Notes: generated by a model not told the origin, from the letters alone. A stretch of DNA of 64,000 bases from Polaribacter sp. (GCA_965659055.1 CBFHUV010000001.1:2715-66714), one strand, 5' to 3'; positions 9,634 to 19,064 are shown, counted from the stretch's first letter. Made by a program: numbers and translations.

Positions 9634-11010
9634 ATGAACATTCCAAATATCGTACAGGAACAAAAAGATTTTTTTAAGAGTCAGGCAACTAAAAATCTGG
9701 ACTATAGAAAAAGTCTATTAAAAAAATTATTGAGTGTAGTTCAAGAAAAAGAGCAAGACATTCTTGCAGCCCTATATGCCGATTTTAAAAAATCAGAATA
9801 TGAAAGTGTGATGACAGAGACATCCATTGTTATTTCTGAACTCAAGGCGAGTCTAAAAAACTTAAATTCGTGGGCAAAGCCCAAACAAGTCTTTCCTGCC
9901 TTTTTGAATTTTCCTTCATCGAGTAAGATTTACAAAGAACCTTATGGAACTGTGCTCATCATTGCGCCTTGGAACTACCCATATCAATTAGCCCTTGCCC
10001 CATTAATTGGAGCCATTGCAGCTGGTAATACCGTGGTTTTAAAACCTTCCGAACTGACCCCTCGCACAAGTAAGGTGCTTAAAGAAATTATCGAAGCTGT
10101 TTTTGACCCACAATTGGTTGCTGTGGTTGAAGGAGGTGTTGACGTTTCTTCAGCCTTATTAGAAGAGCGCTGGGATTATATCTTTTTTACAGGGAGTGTT
10201 CAGGTTGGGAAAATCGTTGCCAAAGCGGCCGCTAAATTTCTAACGCCAATTACACTAGAACTTGGAGGGAAAAACCCATGTATTATTGATAATAGTGCTT
10301 CAATTTCATTAGCCGCTAAGCGAATTGTCTGGGGTAAATGTATCAATGGAGGTCAAACGTGTATTGCCCCAGATTACTTATTGATTCACGAAAACGTAAA
10401 AGAGCAATTTATACAATGTTACCAGGATGAAATTACCAAAGCCTATGGGTTGAATCCTCAAGAATCTGAAGATTATCCTAGAATTGTAAACCAAAAGAAT
10501 TTTGACCGTTTAGCAAAGATGTTGGTCAATGAAAAAATACTTGTGGGTGGCACGACCGATAGAGACACCTTATACATTGCTCCTACTTTAGTTGACAATC
10601 CTTCCATAGATAGTGAGGTCATGAAAGGTGAAATTTTCGGACCCATATCGCCCCTGATTCCATATAGAGATGAGGCCGAATTGGAGGCGCTCATTCATCG
10701 TTATGAAAAACCCTTGGCCCTATATATCTTTACAAAGAATACAGCCTTTGCGAAAGAAATCATTCGAAAATTTTCTTTTGGAGGTGGAACTATTAATGAC
10801 ACCACCGTACATTTTGCCAATTCGAGATTGCCCTTTGGCGGGGTTGGAGAAAGTGGTATCGGTAGTTACCATGGTAAGAGAACCTTTGACTTGTTTTCGC
10901 ACCACAAAGGCATGGTACATCGCTACAACTGGCTAGATGTTCCTGTGCGCTACGCTCCATACAAAGGCAAAAAAAATCTATTAAAAACTTTTATGACCCT
11001 ATTCTCATAA
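9634..11010 (+). CDS. aldehyde dehydrogenase (class 3-like)
   Basis: 458 aa with ELGGKNP and catalytic Cys context GQTCIAPDY. Starts 4 nt after alkB. Confidence 0.85.
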   Translation: MNIPNIVQEQKDFFKSQATKNLDYRKSLLKKLLSVVQEKEQDILAALYADFKKSEYESVMTETSIVISELKASLKNLNSWAKPKQVFPAFLNFPSSSKIYKEPYGTVLIIAPWNYPYQLALAPLIGAIAAGNTVVLKPSELTPRTSKVLKEIIEAVFDPQLVAVVEGGVDVSSALLEERWDYIFFTGSVQVGKIVAKAAAKFLTPITLELGGKNPCIIDNSASISLAAKRIVWGKCINGGQTCIAPDYLLIHENVKEQFIQCYQDEITKAYGLNPQESEDYPRIVNQKNFDRLAKMLVNEKILVGGTTDRDTLYIAPTLVDNPSIDSEVMKGEIFGPISPLIPYRDEAELEALIHRYEKPLALYIFTKNTAFAKEIIRKFSFGGGTINDTTVHFANSRLPFGGVGESGIGSYHGKRTFDLFSHHKGMVHRYNWLDVPVRYAPYKGKKNLLKTFMTLFS

Positions 11011-11018
11011 GCAATACT

Positions 11019-11750
11019 ATGCAAGAAAAAACAGTCTCAGAAGCAATACATTATAGACGTTCTGTCAGAGTATATGATCCAGAAAAACCAATAGATACCG
11101 CCTTGGTGAAAAAATGCATTGAACAAGGAAGTCTTGCGCCTACCAGCAGTAACATGCAGTTATGGGAGTTTTACCACATCACATCGAAATCTGTCATCGA
11201 AAAAATGGTTCCCTTATGTTTTAATCAAAATGCTGCAAAAACAGCACAAGAATTAGTGGTCTTTGTCGTTCGTAAAGATCTTTGGAGAAAACGAGCCAAA
11301 GCCAATTTAGATTATATAGACACTTTGTATCCTAAAAGGCCTGGGAGTGAACCTACTAGTAGAGAGAAGTTTGCTAGAAACTACTATAGCAAGTTGATTC
11401 CGTTTACCTATGCCGATTTTTTAGGCATTTTTGGCTGGTTAAAATACCTGATGATCCTAGTTGTAGGACTATTTAAACCAATGTACAGAGAGGTTCGCAA
11501 CAAAGACATGCGTATCGTTGCCCATAAAACAGCAGGTTTGGCCGCGCAAAACTTTATGATCAGTATGGCAGGAATTGGTTATGATACTTGCCCAATGGAA
11601 GGTTCAGACACCTGGCGCGTAAAACGTCTATTGGGTTTGCCAAGAAGCGCAGAAATTAACATGATCGTATCCTGCGGCATCCTAAAACCCGAAGGAGTGT
11701 ACGGAGAGCGATTTAGAATTCCTTTTGAAGAGGTCTATAAAGAGATTTAA
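11019..11750 (+). CDS. nitroreductase-family protein
   Basis: 243 aa with N-terminal RRSVRVY and later SSNMQLWEF, typical of the FMN nitroreductase fold. Confidence 0.7.
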   Translation: MQEKTVSEAIHYRRSVRVYDPEKPIDTALVKKCIEQGSLAPTSSNMQLWEFYHITSKSVIEKMVPLCFNQNAAKTAQELVVFVVRKDLWRKRAKANLDYIDTLYPKRPGSEPTSREKFARNYYSKLIPFTYADFLGIFGWLKYLMILVVGLFKPMYREVRNKDMRIVAHKTAGLAAQNFMISMAGIGYDTCPMEGSDTWRVKRLLGLPRSAEINMIVSCGILKPEGVYGERFRIPFEEVYKEI

Positions 11751-11751
11751 T

Positions 11752-14133
11752 CTATTTTTTAGGGCTAAAAATCAATACATTTTTTGATTGCTCAATCTCC
11801 TTTTGATTCAACTTCATTTTCTCAAAACCTCCAGACAAGTACTTTTGTGCTTGGTCTTTATAATGATCACTAAAAATATTTCCGGATTGTCCTGTTGGTA
11901 AAATCCCTAAACTATTTTCTACATCGGAAAAATCAACCACTCTGCGAGAAGAAGGTCCTGCGGTAATTTTATAAACACCGGATGCATCCAAACTAAATAT
12001 TTGATTGTTAATTACCTCATTTCCACCTCTCGTTTTAAAGGGTCCAACATTAAAGATAGATCGCAAAGCGGCTACTTTCCCAATTGGGTGATTATACTCA
12101 ACAGATATCACTCGATTCCAAGTCCAATCATCTATGTTTTCTCCCAACTGATCCTGTAAAAAGGCAATTGCTTTTTTAAAGGCTTTGGTTACTATTTGTT
12201 CCTTATTTTCTTTGATGTCTTTGGTTGTCATATCATCCCACCAAAGAGATTCTTCTTTTTCTGCAAGCAAAGCTGCCGCCTTATCCTGAAAAGGGGTATT
12301 CATAAACTGATCAAAACTAGCACCCAATTCATCCTTAAATGTTCCTGCTAAAAATTCATATAAGAAGCGATTGTAAATAGTAGGAGCTAAACTAGTTTCA
12401 CCGTAAAAACCATCCCATGATTTTAAAAGCTGTAAACTTTTGCGCTCGCTGGCTGACAAACCCTCTTTAACAATAGATTTTTCTAAATTAGCAATGAACC
12501 CTGGTGTACTTGCCGAAGTAACATCATAAAGCATTTCTGCCACATCTTCTTTGCTAAAATCATTTTTTGCCTCTAACAAATTCACAATTCTTTTTGCTCT
12601 GTCTTCAGGTAAATAATACCCTGGATACAACCCGTTTTTAATGCTACCCGGTTGATTATTTGCCGAATACACATAATGCCAACTCGGGTTGATGGACTGA
12701 GGATTTTCTTTAAAATCAAAATAGGCCGTAATTTCATCCGTTCCTGAAGCACCGTCTAAAATAGTCTTGGTATTTAGTTTTTTGCCGTGCTCATATAAAG
12801 TTCCTGCAGCAAACCATGCAATATTATCATTGGCATCACCATACATGATATTCAAACCCGGGGCATGTAATTTACTTGCTCCTATTTTAAATTCACTCAA
12901 TGATTTAGCATGCGACATTTCATGAGCTACCTCTAACAATTGATTGTTTAATTTGGTATAAATCCATTGCATTGCCATAGGTCTTTCTTCATTGATAAAT
13001 GCAATTAAATCATTCATAATAGGGCCGTGTTGACTCACTTTAATTTGATACACCGTGTCTTTCGCATCCTTGATTTTTATTCTTTTTTCTATAACAGCGT
13101 ATTTTTTGTATCCATCAGCTGTTTTGTACTCCATAGCATTCTTTGGATTGTTTTGTTCAAAATAAAAATCAATATCATCATTCTCAAACATGGTTAATCC
13201 ATAGGCATAGTTTCTATTATGTCCTAGTAAAGGAAATGGAGTCAAAGCCAAATTGAAACCATACATTTCGTAATCTGGAGTTTTAATATGGGACTCATAC
13301 CAAACTGCCGGCTGAGCAAAACCAATATGTGGATCATTAGCAAAAATGACCTTTCCGTTTTTTGTTTTTTCTGGGCCCAACACCCAAGAATTGCTTCCTA
13401 TAAAAGGAGATATTGGCAATTGCTTGTACATTTTTTGCAGGGCAGATGCTAATTCTGCAGTTATTTCGGCATTATTTTCATTGCGGATTAGAGTGGTATT
13501 GGCCACATTGGTTAAAGCCAAATCGTTTAGGTAATCGGCTCCTAGTTTTTCTTTAATCTCTGTTAAAAGCGGATCAATTTTATGGGCAGCGGCAAAACTA
13601 AAGGCCATATAGCCGAACACATTATAAACATCTTTAATAGTATACTTTTCCTTCTTTAATCCCACCAAATAAAATTCTATTGGCGTCGGACCATTTTCTA
13701 TAAATTGATTGATTCCATTTAAATAAGCCATGGTTAATTGATAGGCTTCCGAGTTTTTATCAAGGGCAGCAATGGTCTTTTGAGCATTTTCCTCAATTCC
13801 TAAACCTGAAAAGAATATATCTGTTGGCAATACATCTTTTCCAAACACTTCTGCTAATCTACCTGCCGAAATACGACGTATCAATTCCATCTGCCACAGC
13901 CGATCTTGAGCATGCACATATCCCAAGGCTGTATAAGCATCCTTTTGATTTTTTGCGGAAATGTGAGGCACTCCAATATCATCAAAGTGCACCTTCACTT
14001 CATCAGAAATATTCTCAAGATCCAAGTTCCCATCATAGGTGGGATGCAAGGTTCTACTAAACAACCAAAGACCTGCGATGCTTAAAAGCAGCAAGACAGC
14101 AACAACTTTTAGAATTTTCTTTAACAATTTCAT
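11752..14133 (-). CDS. penicillin acylase family protein (Ntn hydrolase; possible acyl-homoserine-lactone acylase)
   Basis: About 793 aa with signal/TM KILKVVAVLLLLSIAG and beta-subunit nucleophile context GSNSWV. The ORF track starts at a TTG at 14157 inside the promoter box; the ATG at 14133 is preferred. Confidence 0.8.
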   Translation of the reverse strand: MKLLKKILKVVAVLLLLSIAGLWLFSRTLHPTYDGNLDLENISDEVKVHFDDIGVPHISAKNQKDAYTALGYVHAQDRLWQMELIRRISAGRLAEVFGKDVLPTDIFFSGLGIEENAQKTIAALDKNSEAYQLTMAYLNGINQFIENGPTPIEFYLVGLKKEKYTIKDVYNVFGYMAFSFAAAHKIDPLLTEIKEKLGADYLNDLALTNVANTTLIRNENNAEITAELASALQKMYKQLPISPFIGSNSWVLGPEKTKNGKVIFANDPHIGFAQPAVWYESHIKTPDYEMYGFNLALTPFPLLGHNRNYAYGLTMFENDDIDFYFEQNNPKNAMEYKTADGYKKYAVIEKRIKIKDAKDTVYQIKVSQHGPIMNDLIAFINEERPMAMQWIYTKLNNQLLEVAHEMSHAKSLSEFKIGASKLHAPGLNIMYGDANDNIAWFAAGTLYEHGKKLNTKTILDGASGTDEITAYFDFKENPQSINPSWHYVYSANNQPGSIKNGLYPGYYLPEDRAKRIVNLLEAKNDFSKEDVAEMLYDVTSASTPGFIANLEKSIVKEGLSASERKSLQLLKSWDGFYGETSLAPTIYNRFLYEFLAGTFKDELGASFDQFMNTPFQDKAAALLAEKEESLWWDDMTTKDIKENKEQIVTKAFKKAIAFLQDQLGENIDDWTWNRVISVEYNHPIGKVAALRSIFNVGPFKTRGGNEVINNQIFSLDASGVYKITAGPSSRRVVDFSDVENSLGILPTGQSGNIFSDHYKDQAQKYLSGGFEKMKLNQKEIEQSKNVLIFSPKK

Positions 14134-14154
14134 GAATTTCTGTTTGAGTTTGTT

Positions 14155-14162
14155 CAAAGATA
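14155..14162 (-). promoter_or_regulatory. -7 promoter box (TATCTTTG on gene strand) for the acylase gene
   Basis: caaagata on the + strand, 22 nt upstream of the ATG at 14133. Confidence 0.5.
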
Positions 14163-14178
14163 ACAGAAATTTAATTTG

Positions 14179-14186
14179 TATTTTTG
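14179..14186 (+). promoter_or_regulatory. -7 promoter box TATTTTTG for the DegT-type aminotransferase gene
   Basis: Exact TAnnTTTG match 22 nt upstream of the ATG at 14208. Back-to-back with the divergent acylase promoter. Confidence 0.5.
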
Positions 14187-14207
14187 TTCTTAGGAAAATT
14201 CAATTTC

Positions 14208-15353
14208 ATGAAAAAAATTCAAATGGTTGACCTTCAAGGTCAATACCAAAAAATAAAAAATACAGTAGATGCTTCTATCCAAGAAGTTCTAGACAACTCT
14301 AGTTATATAAATGGTCCATTGGTCCAACAATTTCAGTTAGATCTAGAAAAATACCTTAATGTAAAACATGTCATTCCTTGTGCTAATGGAACCGATGCTT
14401 TGCAAATTGCCATGATGGGCTTAAATCTAGCCCAAGGAGATGAGGTAATTACTGCGGACTTTACCTTTGCAGCCACCGTAGAAGTGATTGCCCTTTTAAA
14501 ATTAACACCCGTTTTAGTCGATGTAGATGCGCATACTTTTAATATGGATATTGCCGATTTAAAAAGATCCATTACTCCTAAAACAAAAGCAATTGTGCCT
14601 GTGCATTTGTTTGGTCAATGTGCTAATATGGAAGCAATCTTAGACATTGCTAAAGAGCATAATTTATATGTTATCGAAGACAATGCCCAAGCAATTGGGG
14701 CTGATTATACATTTTCTGATGGAAGCATAAAGAAAGCAGGGACCATGGGTCATGTTGGAACTACTTCTTTTTTCCCTTCAAAAAATTTAGGTTGTTATGG
14801 TGATGGCGGCGCTATTTTCACCAATGATGACGCCTTGGCTCATACCCTAAGAGGAATCGTGAATCACGGAATGTACACACGTTATTATCATGATGTCGTG
14901 GGAGTTAACTCTCGTTTAGACAGCATACAAGCTGGCGTTTTAAAAGCAAAACTTCCTTTTTTAGATGACTATTGTGAAGCCCGAAGAAAAGCAGCGCGTT
15001 TTTACAACAAAGCATTTGCAAACCATGCACATATTATTACGCCTACAACTGCAAGCTGTGGAGCTATTTGCGATATCTGTAATTGCCATGTTTTTCATCA
15101 ATATACACTTCGCATTACCAATGGAAAAAGAAATGAATTGCATCAGCACTTGTTAGCGAATGACATTCCAAATGCCATTTATTATCCAGTTCCACTGCAC
15201 AAGCAAAAAGCCTATGAAGATGAGCGTTATCAAGAAAAAGATTTTACAGTGACCAATTTGCTGATTGAAGAAGTTCTTTCTTTGCCAATGCACACAGAAT
15301 TAGAAGATGATCAGCTAGAATTTATAACTCAGACTATTTTAGATTTTGTTTAA
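14208..15353 (+). CDS. DegT/DnrJ/EryC1/StrS-family PLP-dependent sugar aminotransferase
   Basis: Begins MKKIQMVDLQGQY. PLP lysine context FFPSKNLGCYGDGG and HVFHQYTL motif. The track start at 14184 overlaps the promoter box. Confidence 0.85.
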   Translation: MKKIQMVDLQGQYQKIKNTVDASIQEVLDNSSYINGPLVQQFQLDLEKYLNVKHVIPCANGTDALQIAMMGLNLAQGDEVITADFTFAATVEVIALLKLTPVLVDVDAHTFNMDIADLKRSITPKTKAIVPVHLFGQCANMEAILDIAKEHNLYVIEDNAQAIGADYTFSDGSIKKAGTMGHVGTTSFFPSKNLGCYGDGGAIFTNDDALAHTLRGIVNHGMYTRYYHDVVGVNSRLDSIQAGVLKAKLPFLDDYCEARRKAARFYNKAFANHAHIITPTTASCGAICDICNCHVFHQYTLRITNGKRNELHQHLLANDIPNAIYYPVPLHKQKAYEDERYQEKDFTVTNLLIEEVLSLPMHTELEDDQLEFITQTILDFV

Positions 15354-15363
15354 CAAAACAAAA

Positions 15364-15469
15364 TGTCACATCGAGTGAATTTGTAAAACAAATTTGTATC
15401 GAGATGTAATTAATAGTTCTCGATACATTTTTATTCTGTTTTCACTTCATAAAAACACTCGAACTGACA
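15364..15469. repeat. nested palindromic intergenic element (REP-like); its inner hairpin is a likely DegT terminator
   Basis: Closing stem tgtcacatcgagtg / cactcgaactgaca (5+7 bp). Hairpin aatttgt-aaa-acaaatt (15378-15394). Perfect 10-bp hairpin tgtatcgaga-N13-tctcgataca (15395-15427) followed by ttttt. Confidence 0.6.
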
Positions 15470-15481
15470 ATATATTTAATT

Positions 15482-16489
15482 ATGAAAAAAATATTAGTTA
15501 CTGGCGGTTTAGGTTTTATTGGTTCTCATACGGTCGTAGAATTGCAGCAAGCAGGATTTGAAGTGCTTGTGATTGACGATTTATCGAATACCCGTATTGA
15601 GGTTTTAGATCAAATTACATCCATTACAGGAATACGGCCACAATTTTTTGAACTCGACTTAAAAAACAAAGCTGAGGTAACTACATTTTTTGAAGATCAG
15701 AGAGTAGATGGTATCATTCATTTTGCTGCTTTCAAAGCTGTTGGAGAAAGTGTTCAAAAGCCCTTAGACTATTACGAGAATAATATTGGCAGCTTGGTGT
15801 ATATCTTACAAGAAATGAAAAACAGAAATTTAGACTGTTTTATCTTCAGTTCTTCTTGTACAGTATATGGACAAGCCGATGAATTACCTATTACAGAGAA
15901 TGCTCCTATAAAACCTGCAGAATCTCCTTATGGAAATAGCAAACAAATTGGCGAAGAAGTTATAAGAGAAAGCTGCAAAGCCTATAACTTAAATGCGATT
16001 GCCCTAAGATACTTTAACCCAATTGGAGCACATGCTACTGTAAAAATTGGTGAACTACCTTTAGGGGTTCCACAAAACTTAATTCCCTTTATCACTCAAA
16101 CAGCCGCTGGAATCAGAAAAGAATTGTCTGTTTTTGGAGATGATTATCCAACTCCTGATGGAACCGCTATCAGAGATTATATTCATGTAGTAGACTTAGC
16201 TAAAGCTCATATTGCAGCTCTAGAGCGTTTACTTTCTAAAAAGAATAAGCAAAATTTTGAATTTTTTAATGTAGGAACAGGCACAGGTTCTTCTGTTTTA
16301 GAGGTAATCAAGGCCTTTGAAAAAGTGACAGGCAGCCCTCTAAATTATAAAATAGTAGACAGACGTGAGGGTGATGTTATTGCCGCTTATGCCGATACTA
16401 CCATTGCGAATAAAGAACTAAACTGGAAGACTGAACTAAGTTTGGAAGAAGCACTATCTTCTGCTTGGGCCTGGCAATTAAAACAGTAA
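15482..16489 (+). CDS. galE: UDP-glucose 4-epimerase
   Basis: 335 aa with Rossmann motif GGLGFIGSH and catalytic YGNSK (YxxxK). Confidence 0.9.
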   Translation: MKKILVTGGLGFIGSHTVVELQQAGFEVLVIDDLSNTRIEVLDQITSITGIRPQFFELDLKNKAEVTTFFEDQRVDGIIHFAAFKAVGESVQKPLDYYENNIGSLVYILQEMKNRNLDCFIFSSSCTVYGQADELPITENAPIKPAESPYGNSKQIGEEVIRESCKAYNLNAIALRYFNPIGAHATVKIGELPLGVPQNLIPFITQTAAGIRKELSVFGDDYPTPDGTAIRDYIHVVDLAKAHIAALERLLSKKNKQNFEFFNVGTGTGSSVLEVIKAFEKVTGSPLNYKIVDRREGDVIAAYADTTIANKELNWKTELSLEEALSSAWAWQLKQ

Positions 16490-16567
16490 GGCCACTTTCA
16501 TGTTGCATTAAAAATAGTATCTTTCAGCGAGTGAATTCTATTTTTTACTTTTCTAAGTTGATAAACT

Positions 16568-17632
16568 ATGGCTAGATTTATAAGAAAACAACAGCGTTTT
16601 ATTGGGGCTTCTCCAGATGACTATATTTTTGTAGGGGAAAAGAAAACGGACCATGTTACACTGCGTATAATTGATTATAACAAAAACAATTTAGAAGAAG
16701 TTCAAATCAATTCTGTAGAGGAAGCTATTGCTTATCAAGAAAAAAAATCAACTACTTGGTTTAATATTGATGGTTTAGACACCATAAATGTCATGCGCGA
16801 AATCGCTGGAGGTTTTAATTTGGATAATTTTATCCTTGCCGATGTCATGGATACGCATGTGCGTCCAAAAGTTCAAGAGTATGACAATTGCCTATTTGTT
16901 TCTCTAAAAATGCTTCAAGTAGATGAAAAAACTCATTTAATTTCTTTTGAAAACCTTAGTTTGATTCTAACCAAAACAGTACTTATTACCTTCCAGGAAA
17001 AAAAAGGGGATGTGTTCGAACCGGTTAGAGATCGCATCAGAAAACAAAAAAAGCGCCTTGTTAATTCTGGCCCAGATTATTTACTCTTTGCTTTGCTGGA
17101 TGTTGTTATAGACAACTATATTTATATCCTAAGTATTTTAGGTGAAAAAATAGAAGGTTTAGAAGAAAGCCTATTACACAATACAGAGAAAACCATTATC
17201 GATAGTATAAATATTCACAAAAGGGAATTAAATTTTTTAAGAAAACATATACACCCTGTTCGAGAAATGTTTCTAAATTTAGCAAAGATGGATTGTGATT
17301 TTATCAATCCAAAAAATGAAGTACATTTTAAGGAGCTTCAAAACAATATAGACCATGCAACGGAAATTTCTGATAGTTCTCGCGAGATTTTATCAGACCA
17401 ATTGAATATTTATCACACTACCGTCAGCTCCAAACTAAATGACATTATGAAGTTCTTAACCGTGTTTTCGGTTATTTTTATTCCCCTAACTTTTATCGCT
17501 GGAATCTATGGAACCAATTTTGACGTTCTTCCAGAGCTGCACTATAAATACAGTTATTTTATCATGCTCGGAATGATGGTACTCATTACTCTAGGCATGT
17601 TAATTTACTTCAAAAAGAAAAAATGGTTTTAA
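16568..17632 (+). CDS. corA: CorA-family divalent metal ion transporter (variant GTN signature)
   Basis: 354 aa with two C-terminal TM helices. The loop signature reads YGTNF instead of YGMNF. Confidence 0.8.
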   Translation: MARFIRKQQRFIGASPDDYIFVGEKKTDHVTLRIIDYNKNNLEEVQINSVEEAIAYQEKKSTTWFNIDGLDTINVMREIAGGFNLDNFILADVMDTHVRPKVQEYDNCLFVSLKMLQVDEKTHLISFENLSLILTKTVLITFQEKKGDVFEPVRDRIRKQKKRLVNSGPDYLLFALLDVVIDNYIYILSILGEKIEGLEESLLHNTEKTIIDSINIHKRELNFLRKHIHPVREMFLNLAKMDCDFINPKNEVHFKELQNNIDHATEISDSSREILSDQLNIYHTTVSSKLNDIMKFLTVFSVIFIPLTFIAGIYGTNFDVLPELHYKYSYFIMLGMMVLITLGMLIYFKKKKWF

Positions 17633-17649
17633 GGACATTTTAAAAATTA

Positions 17650-17740
17650 TCTTTTTTTGATGTTTTTAAGACTTTTTTCTGATTTTTTGATCATTTTTGA
17701 TCAAATTTTAGCCAAAAATGCGTTTTTTTGATTTTCTATC
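17650..17740. repeat. helically phased T-tract block with four TTTTTGAT copies
   Basis: T4-T7 runs start at 17652, 17663, 17673, 17683, 17694, 17706, 17723 and 17732. TTTTTGAT occurs at 17654, 17684, 17694 and 17725. Palindrome ttgatca-ttt-tgatcaa at 17687-17703. Confidence 0.6.
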
Positions 17741-17890
17741 CTTCAACAGAAGTGGATTATCGTTGGCGTATCCATAAAATTTATAGGAACATTTTTACAA
17801 TCTGACATTTCTGACCCCTAAATAAGGGTTTTTACTCCTAATAATTGACTTGAGCAGGGCTTCTTCGTACCTTTACACCATATTAATTAA

Positions 17891-18100
17891 ATGATACTAG
17901 ATTCCATGAAACTGATTAGAATTAAAAGAAAAACACGTTTAGAGAAGAGATTTACCCCTACAATGGGTGAACTTCACACGAATGTAACCTACATTAAAAA
18001 AACACTTTTAAACATTATTCCTTTAGAAACCGTTCATAAATATAGAGAGACCTATTATGGAGAAATAAAGGACTGTGAAGACTGTGTTTTATCAAAATAA
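17891..18100 (+). CDS. hypothetical small basic protein (69 aa)
   Basis: ORF ends directly at a strong terminator hairpin. I recognise no family, so coding status is uncertain. Confidence 0.35.
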   Translation: MILDSMKLIRIKRKTRLEKRFTPTMGELHTNVTYIKKTLLNIIPLETVHKYRETYYGEIKDCEDCVLSK

Positions 18101-18131
18101 AAAAATCCCGCTAGTTAGCGGGATTTTTTTT
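18098..18131. terminator. bidirectional rho-independent terminator between the convergent small ORF and fabD
   Basis: aaaaaatcccgc-tagtta-gcgggatttttttt. GC stem flanked by an A-run and a T-run. Confidence 0.85.
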
Positions 18132-18144
18132 GATTGTACTTTTA

Positions 18145-19026
18145 TTAAATACTAGCTCCACTAGTGGCTACATTTCGATCTATTTTACGCATCAATCCCT
18201 GTAAAACTTTCCCAGGTCCTACTTCTATAAATTGAGTAGCGCCATCTGATATCATTTGCTGAATAGATTGTGTCCATTTTACAGGAGCGGTTAACTGAAT
18301 CATTAGGTTTTTCTTAATTTCTGCAGGATCAGTTACAGCACTTGCAGTAACATTTTGATACACTGGACAGCTTGGGGTACTAAATTCAGTTGCCTCGATT
18401 GCCGCAGCTAACTCCTCTCTTGCTGGCTCCATCATTGGTGAGTGAAAAGCTCCCCCAACAGGTAAAATTATAGCCATCTTAGCGCCTTTTTCCTTTAAAA
18501 TTTCACAGGCTTGTTCTACAGATTTCACCTCTCCAGATATCACCAATTGTCCAGGACAGTTGTAATTTGCAGCTACCACTACCCCATCTATTGCTGCACA
18601 AGTTTCTTCAACAACCACATCTTCCAAACCAATAACTGCCGCCATGGTTGAAGCCTGTATTTCACAAGCCTTTTGCATGGCCATTGCTCTTTTAGACACC
18701 AAGGTTAAGCCATCTTCAAAGGTTAATACACCATTGGTTACCAAGGCTGATAATTCTCCAAGAGAGTGCCCTGCAACCATTTCTGGTTGAAATGCATCAC
18801 CCATTACTTTTGCCAAAATAACTGAATGTAAAAAAATGGCAGGTTGGGTTACTTTGGTTTCCTTTAACTGTTCTGCCGTCCCTTCAAACATAATGTCTGT
18901 TATAGCAAAACCTAAAATTGTATTCGCTTCTTCAAAAAGTTCTTGGGCGATGGTTGATTGTTCATACAAATCCAATCCCATTCCAGTAAATTGAGCTCCT
19001 TGTCCAGGAAAAATATATGCTTTCAT
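18145..19026 (-). CDS. fabD: ACP S-malonyltransferase
   Basis: 293 aa. Active-site motif GHSLGE. N-terminus reads FPGQGAQ. Confidence 0.9.
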   Translation of the reverse strand: MKAYIFPGQGAQFTGMGLDLYEQSTIAQELFEEANTILGFAITDIMFEGTAEQLKETKVTQPAIFLHSVILAKVMGDAFQPEMVAGHSLGELSALVTNGVLTFEDGLTLVSKRAMAMQKACEIQASTMAAVIGLEDVVVEETCAAIDGVVVAANYNCPGQLVISGEVKSVEQACEILKEKGAKMAIILPVGGAFHSPMMEPAREELAAAIEATEFSTPSCPVYQNVTASAVTDPAEIKKNLMIQLTAPVKWTQSIQQMISDGATQFIEVGPGKVLQGLMRKIDRNVATSGASI

Positions 19027-19056
19027 TCGTCTGTTTTAATTCGTTGTTTGTGTGGG

Positions 19057-19064
19057 CAAAGATA
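19057..19064 (-). promoter_or_regulatory. -7 promoter box (TATCTTTG on gene strand) for fabD
   Basis: caaagata on the + strand, 31 nt upstream of the fabD ATG. Confidence 0.5.

Noticed and set aside
17633-17890. Possible replication origin: AT-rich phased tract plus two DnaA-box-like 9-mers (gtggattat near 17753, tatccataa near 17769).
   Set aside because: Only two boxes are present. Each has about two mismatches to TTATCCACA, with no cluster of further boxes. No dnaA, dnaN or other origin-linked genes lie nearby. That is too weak to call.
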